Assembly: GCF_032191835.1 (NCBI RefSeq)
Contig: NC_083230.1
Location: 133,176,001-133,240,000, forward strand
Origin: Heteronotia binoei
Lineage: Eukaryota
Direction: 5' to 3'
DNA: 64,000 nt
Shown here: positions 10,986-22,600 of the stretch, piece after piece
Numbering within the stretch: the first letter of the stretch is position 1
How the letters are laid out: every line of letters begins with the position of its first letter
Translations under genes and position numbers: made by a program
Notes under the pieces: model-generated
What the model was told of the DNA's origin: nothing
The model's input: the letters and a program-made list of their open reading frames with translations, nothing else
Database searches by the model: none

Positions 10986-13900
10986 TTTATTCTTATACCC
11001 CGCCCTCCCCCGCCAAAGGCGGGCTCAGGGCGGATCACAGACATGGAATCCCATGATTCAGTAAAACAATACATAACTTTTGTAATGGAGCCTTTGCCCT
11101 GGCTGTCACATGATGTGGGGAGGGCGGTGAGAATCCTGAATGGGCTGCAGTGTTTGCAGGTGAGATAAAGAGATTCCCTTCCCAAAAGGGCACTGTGGAT
11201 TTGGTGGTGTCAGTGGGACTGAATGGGCTGTAGTATCTGCAGGTGGGACAAAGAGATTCCCTTCCCAAAAGAGCACTGTGGATTTGGTGGTGTCGGTGGG
11301 ACTGAATGGGCTACAGTGTCTGCAGGTGGGACAAAGAGATTCCCTTCCCAAAAGGGCACTGTGGATTTGGTGGTGTCGGTGGGACTGAATGGGCTACAGT
11401 GTCTGCAGGTGGGACAAAGAGCTTCCTTTCCCAAAAGGGCACTGTGGATTTGGTGGTGTCGGTGGGACTGAATGGGCTGCAGTGTCTGCAGGTGGGACAA
11501 AGAGCTTCCCTTCTCAAAAGGGCACTGTGGATTTGGTGGTGTCGGTGGGACTGAATGGGCTGCAGTGTCTGCAGGTGGGACAAAGAGCTTCCTTTCCCAA
11601 AAGGGCACTGTGGATTTGGTGGTGTCGGTGGGACTGAATGGGCTGCAGTGTCTGCAGGTGGGACAAAGAGCTTCCCTTCTCAAAAGGGCACTGTGGATTT
11701 GGTGGTGTCGGTGGGACTGAATGGGCTGCAGTGTCTGCAGGTGGGACAAAGAGCTTCCTTTCCCAAAAGGGCACTGTGGATTTGGTGGTGTCGGTGGGAC
11801 TGAATGGGCTGCAGTGTCTGCAGGTGGGACAAAGAGCTTCCCTTCTCAAAAGGGCACTGTGGATTTGGTGGTGTCGGTGGGACTGAATGGGCTGTAGTAT
11901 CTGCAGGTGGGACAAAGAGCTTCCCTTCCCAAAAGGGCACTGTGGATTTGGTGGAGTCGGTGGGACTGAATGGGCTGTAGTATCTGCAGGTGGGACAAAG
12001 AGCTTCCCTTCCCAAAAGGGCACTGTGGATTTGGTGGTGTCGGTGGGGCTGAATGGGCTGTAGTATCTGCAGGTGGGACAAAGAGCTTCCCTTCTCAAAA
12101 GGGCACTGTGGATTTGGTGGTGTCGGTGGGACTGAATGGGCTGCAGTGTCTGCAGGTGGGACAAAGAGCTTCCCTTCCCAAAAGCGCACTGTGGATCTCA
12201 TGGTGTCCGTGGGACTGAATGGGCTGTAGTATCTGTAGGTGGGACAAAGAGCTTCCCTTCCCAAAAGGGCACTGTGGATTTGGTGGTATCTGAGGACTGA
12301 TCCTTTGGCCTTTCCCCCTTTGTGTCCCTTCAGTGGCTGAATCAGTCGAAGGTCATCCAGAGACTTGTGGAGCTGATCTCTCCCAGCCAGGAGGACGATG
12401 TGAGTATGAGCCCTCCCCACTGATGGTTAGAGGCACATGGCTCCAATTGTGGGTACTTGTCCGTGCACTGTAAGAAGGGAGGTTTTCTTGCACTTGTGTT
12501 TCACATCACTCTTTCCTGCTGGCAGAAAAAGTATAAAACGAAAAAAGAATGCATGCCAAAAACCTGAACCTGTGGTCTGTTGCCTGCACAGGCCTAAAAT
12601 ACTCTCCACTGAATGCAGGCAGGTGTGTGAGGAGGAGGAGGAGGAGTGTGGGAGAGACAATCCCCTGTTGTGACTTGCAGGGGCCGTAGTGACTGAGCAG
12701 AGGGACCATGCCTCCTGTACTCTCCTCCTCTGGCAGTTCTGAGCTGAGAGCCAAAAGTATCCCAGCGGATTGCCTCCATTTGTCATTGCTGAATAAATTT
12801 CGTTTCTACACACAGAGGTGTTCCAGGAACTGACTCTTCATTTTGGATACATGCAGGCTGTGTCTTCACCAAATGCCCAAGCGAACAGGTTTTACCTGCT
12901 GCAGCTGCTCCCAAGTGGAGTGTGTTGATGTCAGGCCTCTTGCATGCCTGTCTCCACTCTCCCCCCCCCCCAATGATTTCCAGTGTCACCAGAATGAGAA
13001 GGGTGAGGTGTGGCTTATGTGACACCACTCTAGTTGAAAAAGCTTTGGTTTCTGCGCTTAGTGGTAGGATCAGTGCAGCCCCTCTGCTGCCCCCTGCTGT
13101 TGCTCAGCATGCTGAGTCTCAGGGTCCAGCAAACGCCCAGGCCAGGGGCATGGCCCTGTGGCGATTGACAGGCAGGCACTGTGAAGAAACTTGGCCAGAA
13201 GCGGCAGCCCAGCTGGCACTTTCTTGCCTTGCTAGACTTCTGCAGCTGGGCAGCTCCGCAGTCCCCTTGGAGAACGTTCTCCTGTTGTGGCGAAAGAAAC
13301 GGTTTATCAGCCCCGGTGTTGATGCCGTGTGAGCTCCTAAGAGCGGCATTTCAGTGCTGAGCAAAATCAAGCCGCTGCTCTGGGCTCTGAGGATCACCCG
13401 CTGAAGGCGTCATAAATGTTGCCTTGTGGAGGCATTTCTTGTTCAACTGCCGAGTTCCACCTGGGGGGTTCCACAAATGGGGAGGACAGGCATAGCCTCA
13501 CCTGTCTCTTCAGTGGCCTGTGGAGCTCTCCTGCCGATACTTATCAAGGCCGTGTTCCTCATAGCAAGAACGGCCCTGGAACTCAGAGCGTTCTTTGTCT
13601 CTGGCCTGGATGCCTTCTTCAGAGCGGATCTAGAATATGATCGCCATCTTGAAGTCATTAAAGTGCTGTCCTTGGAGGTTGGTGCGCAGTTGTTTTTTGT
13701 GACCCCAGAAGATCTGCACAGAACCAGTGGGCTGAAATTAAAAGAGTTTTTGGCTAAACATTGGGAAGAACTTCCTGACAGAGCAGTTCCTCCGTGGGAC
13801 AGGCTTCCTCCTTGAGAGGTGTTGGGCTCTCCTTCTTTGCAGGTTTTCAAAGAGAGGCTAGATGGCCATCTGACAGCAGTGCTATTCTCTTACAGATCCT

Positions 13901-16900
13901 GTGAAATGCTAATAATCAGGCAGCAATTTTTCCTCAGGCCAGATTTGCAGGGTTCTCCCCCCCCCCCCCTCTTCTGGGTGTGGAGGAGGTGGCACTGGGA
14001 TGTGGGGGTGAGGCATGTGTAAATTTCTTGCATTGTGTGGGATGTTGGACTAGAAGAAGAAGAAGATGATATTGGATTTATATCCCGCCCTCCACTCTGA
14101 AGAGTCTCAGAGCTGCTCACAATCTCCTTTCCCTTCCTCCCCCACAACAGACACCCTGTGAGGTAGATGAAGATATTGGATTTATATCCCGCCCTCCACT
14201 CTGAAGAGTCTCAGAGCTGCTCACAATCTCCTTTACCTTCCTCCCCCACAACAGACACCCTGTGAGGTAGATGAAGATATTGGATTTATATCCCGCCCTC
14301 CACTCCAAAGAGTATCAGAGCGGCTCACAATCTCCTTTACCTTCCTCCCCCCCACAACAGGCATCCTGTGAGGTAGATGAAGATATTGGATTTATATCCC
14401 GCCCTCCACTCCGAAGAGTCTCAGAGCTGCTCACAATCTCCTTTCCCTTCCTCCCCCACAACAGACACCCTGTGAGGTGGATGGGGCTGGAGAGGGCTCT
14501 TACAGCAGCTGCCCTTTCAAGAACAGCCTCTACCAGATCTATGGCTGACTCAAGGCCATGCTAGCAGGTGCAAATGGAGGAGTGGGGAATCAAACTCGGT
14601 TCTCCCAGATAAGAGTCCGCATACTTAACCACTATACCAAACTGGCTCTCCACACCAAACTGGCTCTCCAGGTGACCCTGGAGGTCCCTTACAACTCTGT
14701 GATTCTAGAATTGAGCCGGTTTGGTGTAGTAGTTAAGTGCGCATACTCTAATCTGGGAGAACCAGGTTTGATTCCGCACTCCTTCACATGCATCTACTGG
14801 TGTGACCTTGGGTCAGAACACTGTCAGAATCTGTTCTCTAAAGCAGTTTCTGTCAGAGCTCTCTCAGCCCCACCTACTTCACAGGGTGTCTGTAGTGGAG
14901 AGGGGGAGGGGAAGGAGATTCTATTTTTTTCCTTATAAATCAAATTTTATTATAGACTCATTATAATTCATACCTATTCCAACAGAAAAGTGTACAACAA
15001 TAACAAATAAAAAACAATACAACTTAACATCTCACCTGAGTTAACATAAACTAAAGTTGATCTATCTCTTTGGAGATTAATTCATGTGTTACCATTCCAC
15101 ACTTATTAATATGTATATATGTATGTCTATTTATATATTTTTATTATTACTATTATTTTTTTTAGTAGAGGAATAATTAAGCTTAACAATACTATCTTTC
15201 CTAACGCATTTTTAATGTTTAATACCACAATCATTCAATATTTCCTTCTTCTTCTATAACTTCATTATTCCTTCTACTCTAAAAAAACACAATACAATTA
15301 AATTCTAACAAAATATCTCAGTCCCTGGAGACCTCAAGGGTTAAGGTCTAGAAGAGATACTTCCCTCCTTCCACCTGGACTGAATTAGCTATGGAGGGAT
15401 ATTACCCAGTTGCTCGCGCCAGCTGACCCCACCCAACCATAAATTCCGAAGGAAAAGTCTTTAGATATAAATTATAAATTTCGTCAACTTTTCCATTTTC
15501 TTATTGCTTCAGTTTCTTTTTAGATAGAATCCATACTTTCTTCCAAGTTTACATGATCTTCCTCAGTACAAGCACGAGTTGTCCTTAAAGAGACGAGAGG
15601 AGAGCAATCCTTTCTCTCGTTTACTCTCGGTGCAGGGGAGGAGGGAGTTAACTTGGAGAGTAATAATTCACCCGAGGTTGCGCAGTATGCTGTATATGAA
15701 GTGGAGCCTTTTTGGACATATAATTTGCCTGATTGTAGCCATTTATATTTAATTTTTAAGTCCCGCAGTTTGGCAGTTGTATCCTTGAGGTCTCTTCTGA
15801 TTCTTAAAAATTCGGGAGGGAGATCCGGAAAGACCTGAATCTTTAACCCCTGATAGTCCAAGACTCCCCTCTCCCTGGCCTCTGCAAAGACTCTTTGCCT
15901 CATTTGATAGTCCTTAAACTGCACCAAAATATCTCTAGTATAAGACAAATTGTCTTCGCATACCTTGCCGACACGATATACTTTTTGAATGAGTGGGAGA
16001 ATTTCGGCCTCCAGGTGAGTTGCTTCAGCAAGCCAATTTGCCATAAATACATATAAGTCCATTTTAGCTTCCACATCAGATTTAAAACCTCTAAACTTTT
16101 AAACACAGCTCCCAGTTACGAAAGTCCATTGTTAAAACCCGTTCCCTCGTCCATGCATCTGTTGTTATTTCAGATATTCTCCCTTCACACTCTTGAGCTC
16201 TTTTTAAAGCTTCTTGTGCTGTCTGGTAACTTGTTTATGAGAATCCTCTAGTTCATTCAGACGCTGACATAACGGTTGTAACATAGAGGTTATGTCCTCT
16301 CGTATTTCTTGTCTTAACCTACGTAAAAAAATTCAATGTGAGAGGACATTCTCCAGCTGGTCCCTCGTATCTCTCCAACCTTGTGTGGGAGGTGGATGGC
16401 AATTCCAAGAAGTCATTTAAAAGCTGAATGCTTTTTTCCTTCTGTTTACACTTTTTCACCCCTTTAGGAGACATCTCTCAAAGATTAAAAAAATATAGTT
16501 TAAAGGGGTAAAAAGAATATAACTTTGGAGCCAGCTGGGCGAGCGTTAGGCAAAGGCTCTTGACCGGATATTGGTCAAAGCCACTCCCATCGGGAAGGAG
16601 ATTCTAAGCCACTCCGAGTGAAGGGCAGGGTATAAATCCAGTCTCCTCCTCCTCCTTCCTCCTCTTTGTCCTCCTCTTCCTCTTCTTCCCCCTCTTCCTC
16701 CTCTTTCTGCTATTCCTCCTCTTCCTCCTCCTCCTCATTTCAGACATTTATCATTTATTTCCTCACATTCTGACTGAAACCTCAGTGTGCAAAAGAGAAA
16801 GCATGACCTCTGTCTTGAATAGTTCAAGATGCATAGACATCTGCTTCATAGGTCAGCACACCTGGTAGCATTTGATAAAACCCCGCTTCCTAGTGGGCCT

Positions 16901-19557
16901 AGTCCAGGCACCCGCTTGAGCCTGGGCCAGCCGGTACAAGCCCCCTTCATCTAAAGTGGTGCAGCCATCAGGTACAGATAGTTTAACTGAACTTCTTTCT
17001 GTAGCTGATATTCTTTTCCCTCCCTCCAAGTTTAATAGCTTTTCAACATCCCATCCTGGAAAATTTAGAAAGGATGGCTGTGATTACTAAGAGCCAGCAT
17101 GGGTTTCTCAAGAACAAGTCATGTCAGACTAACTTGATCTGTTTTTCCCCCGAGAAAGTTACTACCTTGCTGGACCAGGGGAATGCTGTAGTTTATCTTG
17201 ATTTAAGTAAATCTTCTGATAAGGTTCCACATAGTATTCTTGTTGACAAGTTGGTAAAATGTGGTTTGGATCCTGTTACTGTTAGGTAGATCTGTAACTG
17301 GTTGACAGATCGCATACAGAGAGTGCTTGTGAATGAATGGTTCCTCATCCATTTAGAGAGGAGTGACAAGTGGAGTGCCTCAAGAATCTGTTCTGTTTTG
17401 TTAAACATCTTTATAAATTTTTTGGATGAAGGAATAGGGAGAATGCTTATTAAACTTGCAGATGATACTAAATTGGGGAGAGTTCCAAATACAGTAGAAC
17501 AGGGGTGGCCAACGGTAGCTCTCCAGATGTTTTTTGCATACAACTCTCATCAGCCCCAGCCAGCATGGCTATTGGCTGGGGCTGATGGGAGTTGTAGGGG
17601 GGGAAACATCTGGAGAGCTACCGTTGGCCACCCCTGCAGTAGAAGATAGAAACAAGATACAGGATGATCTTGACAGGCTGGAAAACTGGGCTGCAACTAG
17701 TAAAATGAATTTAAACAGGGATAAATGTAAAGTTCTGCATTTAGGCAGGAAAAAAATAAATGCATCATTATAGGATGCGGGAGACTTGTCTTGGCAGTAG
17801 TCTGTGTGAAAAGCATCTAGGGGTTGGGTAGCCCAATCCAGACATAAGTGGCGACCGGCCATGGCTTAGCTGCCGCGCCGCTAGTAGACTTCCTGAGGAC
17901 TTTGGCATGCTGGAGCGTGGGGAGGGGAGAGGCGTAGCTTGCCATGAGGGAGACAGTCGCCGTGGCAATGCCGCTGGCGGAGGCGCGGAAGGGAGGCGGA
18001 GACAGCTGGAGGGGAGGGCCAGCCCACCTACCCCCCATTGGCCAGTCCTGGCGCATGTGCCGCAGCTCATGACAGTCAGGGATGGGGAGAGGTGGCCCCA
18101 GAGAGGCTGATAGCCGTCCCCAACCTGCCCCAAACAGAGAATGGAGCCAATGATGGGCAGACCATCACAGGCAAAGGAGAGACGGCCTACCAACACGGGG
18201 AGGGAACAGGAATGAGGCTGGGCATGCGCACACGAGAAGCCTGGCTTGGGGGAGAAGTGGGGATGGGGGCGAGACAGGCCCACATGGGACCACAGAGAAG
18301 CCGTCAATCCCCTCACACCCTCCCACGAGTTTAAAGGGGTAAAAAGAATATAACTTTGGAGCCAGCTGGGTGAGCGTTAGGCAAAGGCTCTTGACCGGAT
18401 ATTGGTCAAAGCCACTCCCATCGGGAAGGAGATTCTAAGCCACTCCGAGTGATGGACAGGGTATAAATCCAGTCTCCTCCTCCTTCCTCCTCTTTCTCTT
18501 CTTCCCCCTCTTCCTCCTCTTTCTGCTATTCCTCCTCTTCCTCCTCCTCCTCCTCATTTCAAACATTTATCTCCTCACATTCTGACCGAAACCTCAGTGT
18601 GCAAAAGAGAGAGACTCTGCCAGTGGCAGGCAGACAAGCAGGAAGTACCAAGTGCAGCAGCTGGAATGTGTGTTTGGGAGTTGGCAGCCCAGCAGCAGAC
18701 ACCCCCCCCCCACCCAGAGACCCCCTGTGCTGCCCTGACACCCCCTGCCATGTAATGGAACATCTCTCCCAGAGGCCGCAGAACTCAGAGTGCGAGTGCA
18801 TCAGCCACAGAAGCGCCCAGTACATAACCCGTCACCAACGTGCCTGCCTGTCCCTCATTAAGTCTGTATGGCCGGGAGCTCACCGGCAGAGCTTCCCACC
18901 ACGCGCGCCTCACCCTAACAACTGAGTTATTGGTTTTTAAGGGTTTAATTGCTTAAATATTTAATTGTTTTTATACTTAAAATTGTTTAATTTTCATGTT
19001 TGATCAATTTTGGAAGCCGCCCTGAGCCACTTGTGGGAAGGGCGGGATATAAATCTCGAATAAATAAATAAATAAAATAAGTTGTGCGAGGCCAGAGCTG
19101 AAGTATTTCTAGGAGGGGGGAGACCGCGATTGGGTGCTGCGGAGGGGGCTCGTCAGCCCGAGGTGCGAGGGGATTGGCGAGGCAATCACGCTGCTCCCTA
19201 AGGGGTTTGTGAACTTCCGCAGCGGCGGAGGCAACCTTTGTTTTTGGTTTCAACGAGTGCCTATGGAGCACGCCGCCATTTTTGCAGGTGTAAAGTTGCG
19301 CCTCTCAGGGGGACATGTCTTGGGCCAAACTGCTCAGGAAGCTGCCTAAGCCTGGCCGTGCCCCCAGCTCCACCCCCTCCTCCGCCTGAATGCCGCGTTC
19401 CGCCTCACTTCTGTCCACACTTGGGCGCAGCCCTCAGGCGCCGCTGCTCTTGGGTGGAGTGGTGCTCAGGTGGCCCACCATAAGAACATAAGAGAAGCCA
19501 TGTTAGATCAGGCCAATGGCCCATCCAGTCCAACATTCTGTGTCACACAGCGGCCAA

Positions 19558-19601
<44 letters not shown>

Positions 19602-22600
19602 GCACTGTGGCTAATAGCCACTGATGGACCTCTGCTCCATATTTTTATCTAACCCCTTCTTGAAGGTGGCTATGCTTGTGGACGCCACCACCCACGTAAC
19701 TCCCCTCCACTGTGGTGGCACTGGTCGTACGTCGGTGCAAACTCTTCCTGCTCCCACGTAGCGGCTTGTCTGCTCCCAAAAGACCTTCTGCACCCCCACT
19801 CTGGATTGTGCTGTTAGTGGACCATATGCTGAACATGAGTCAACTGTGTGATGCTGTGGCTAAAAATGCAAATGCAATTTTGGGCTGTATCAACAGGCGT
19901 CTAGTGTCCAGATCATATAATGTGATGTTATCGCTTTACTCTGCTCTGGTAAGACCTCACCTGGAGTCTTGTGTTCAGTTTTGGGCACCACATTTTAAGA
20001 AGGCTATAGACAAGCTGGAATGGGTCCAGAGGAGGGCGACGAAGATGGTGAGGGGTCTGGAGACCAAGTCCTTTGAGGAAATGTTGAAGGAGCTGGGGAT
20101 GTTTAGCCTGGAGAGGAGGCGGCTGAGAGGTGATAGGATCACCATCTTCAAGTCCTTGAAGGGCTGTCATATAGAGGATGGTGCAGAATTGTTTTCTCTG
20201 GCCCCAGAAGTAGGACTAGAACCAGCAGGTTGAATTTACATAACAGAGTTTGTGGCTCAGCATTAGGAAGAACTTCCTGACCGTTATAGTGATTCCTCAG
20301 TGGAACAGGCTTCCTCAGGAGGTGGTGGGCTCTCCTTCCTTGGAAGTTTTTAAACAGAGGCTATATGGCCATCTGACAGCGATGCAGATCCTGTGAATTT
20401 AGGGGGAGGTGTTTGTGAGTTTCCTGCATTGTGCAGGGGGTTGGACTAGATGACCCTGGAGGTCCCTTCCTTGCAACTCTCTGATTCTCTGATTCCTTTG
20501 TATCTCCTCCATCGAGTGGAGTTGGGCAGTTGGAGTTGAAGTGAAGTATTCTTGGTGCGGAGATCTTCCTGGGCCCAGGCTGTGATTTGATGGAGGACAG
20601 TGGAGGACTGTGCCATCACTTCACAGCGGACTAATTGCGACCCTGGGTGGGGTTTCTAAGGGAAGAGAGGTGGCTTGCCATTGCCTGCCTCCATGTCAGG
20701 GCCTTGGGGTTCTTGAATAGTTCCAGATGCTTAGGCAGTTTGGTGAAGTGGTTAAGTGTGCGGACTCTTATGTGGGAGAACCGGGTTTGATTCCCCACTC
20801 CTCCACTTGCACCTGCTGGAATGGCCTTGGGTCAGCCATAGCTCTGGCAGAGGTTGTCCTTGAAAGGGCAGCTGCTGGGAGAGCCCTCTCCAGCCCCACC
20901 CACCTCACAGGGTGTCTGTTGTGGGGGAGGAAGGGAAAGGAGATTGTGAGCCGCTCTGAGACTCTTTGGAGTGGAGGGCGGGATATAAATCCAGTATCTT
21001 CATCTACCTCACAGGTTGTCTGTTGTGGGTGAGGAAGGTAAAGGAGATTGTGAGCCGCTCTGAGACTCTTTGGAGTGGAGGGTGGGATATAAATCCAATA
21101 TCTTCATCTACCTCACAGGGTGTCTGGTGTGGGTGAGGAAGGGAAAGGAGATTGTGAGCCGCTCTGAGACTCTTCGGAGTGGAGGGCGGGATATAAATCC
21201 AATATCTTCATCTACCTCACAGGGTGTCTGGTGTGGGGAGGAAGGGAAAGGAGATTGTGAGCCGCTCTGAGACTCTTCGGAGTGGAGGGCGGGATATAAA
21301 TCCAGTATCTTCATCTACCTCACAGGGTGTCTGTTGTGGGGGAGAAAGGTAAAGGAGATTGTGAGCCGCTCTGAGACTCTTCGGAGAGGAGGGCGGGATA
21401 TAAATCCAATATCTTCTTCTTCTTCATAGGTCAGCACACCTGGTAGCATTTGAGGAGGGAGGAGGAGGAGGAGACTGAATTTATACCCTGTCCTTCACTC
21501 CCATCCAAATACTAGGCAGGGCTGGCCTGCTTGGCTTCTGAGAGCTGATGAGATAGAGTAGGCTGGACCATCCTGGTCAGGGCATCTGTTGCCGACACCC
21601 CCCTCCCCTCCGCTGTGCAGACGGATGATCTCTGAGTGCTGTGCTCAGTCCCATCAGGGCTTGACGGCCCCAGTGTCAGTCACTGTGGGGCTGCAGGGGC
21701 TTCATTGTCGAGCAGTAACACTTTCACTGTTTCTTTTTTTGTAGCATCTCTTTGAGATCCTCTTGGTAGAAGTACAAAGACGATTGATGGTTTCTCTTCA
21801 GAATGTTTTGTTGCATGACGTAAACATGTGAAGTTTTTGTTATTGCTCGTCTGCCATCTTCACACCATAAAATGAAGCCGTTTATCGATCTGTTGCTTTC
21901 CATACTGACTTCAGTATTCACTTAAAGCAGTGCTGAAATGGTCATTAACGGACAGAGCCCTGAAGGCTGGAAAATGATTCTGGCTCCTGTGTTTCCACCA
22001 GGCTGGTTCTAGAGCCAAAGTTCTGTAACATTTTGGCATTACATGTTCTGTAACATTTTGGCACTCAGGGAGCTGATGAGCCCAGTGTTCTTGGGCCACT
22101 CTGGCTCTGACTTGTCTCCTTGTCCACAGAGGCAGTCCAATGCTTCCCAGACCTTGTGTGACATCATCAGGCTCAGCCGAGACCAGAGCAGTCAACTCCA
22201 GGAGGCAGCTGAGCCAGATCCACTCCTTGCAGTGCTGGAGTCGTAAGTAGATTTTTTACAGCCATTGGTTGCCGCTACTGACCATCCAGGAGGCACAGAT
22301 AGCCTAGCAGTAGGCACTAATACTATCTTTAAAGGGCTGGGACAGTTTCCCCAGTGTGTTGGGCTTGACATTTCATAGCTGCACCTCCTTGGCAGCAAGG
22401 TCAGTGTGACTGTTTCGCTTCAGTGTTGTCTCTGAGAACATAAAAAGAGCCCTGTTGCATCAGATCATTCATGTGGTCCATCTAGCCCAGCTTCCTGTCT
22501 CACACAGTGGCCAGCCAGTTCCTCTGGAGGGCCAACAACAGGGCACAGAGGCCAAGGCCTTCCCCTGAGAAGAACATCAGAAGAGCCCTGCTGGGTCAGG

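Larger units (their letters stand above)
14713..16660 (+). mobile_element. Older Squam3-like SINE (14713-14923 + 16592-16660) split by the ORF1-only L1
   Basis: gagccggtttggtgtagtagttaag...cttcacagggtgtctg...gggaaggagattcta | agccactccgagtgaagggcagggtataaatcc. Confidence 0.82.
17829..19813. mobile_element. TIR-bounded non-autonomous DNA element (possibly PIF/Harbinger-like) carrying nested and copied sequence
   Basis: Left end tagcccaatccaga; right-end reverse complement cagcacaatccaga; splits the CR1 cleanly; right flank TTA, left TSD not recognisable. Confidence 0.55.
17050..20495 (+). mobile_element. CR1 3' fragment (17050-17824 + 19814-20495) with two nested insertions
   Basis: [17 protein letters not shown]...LADDTKLG...; the halves join as ...gcatctaggggt | ttagtggaccatatgctgaacatgag...; ends gaccctggaggtcccttcc...ctctgattctctgattc. 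Confidence 0.92.

Noticed and set aside
11136-12300. CRISPR-like appearance and repeated 82-aa ORFs
   Set aside because: Units are contiguous with no unique spacers, there are no cas genes, and the context is a vertebrate intron.
22070-22112. C/D-box snoRNA candidate (TGATGA...CTGA)
   Set aside because: Boxes are only about 33 nt apart with no terminal stem, and the site overlaps the exon 5 branch region.
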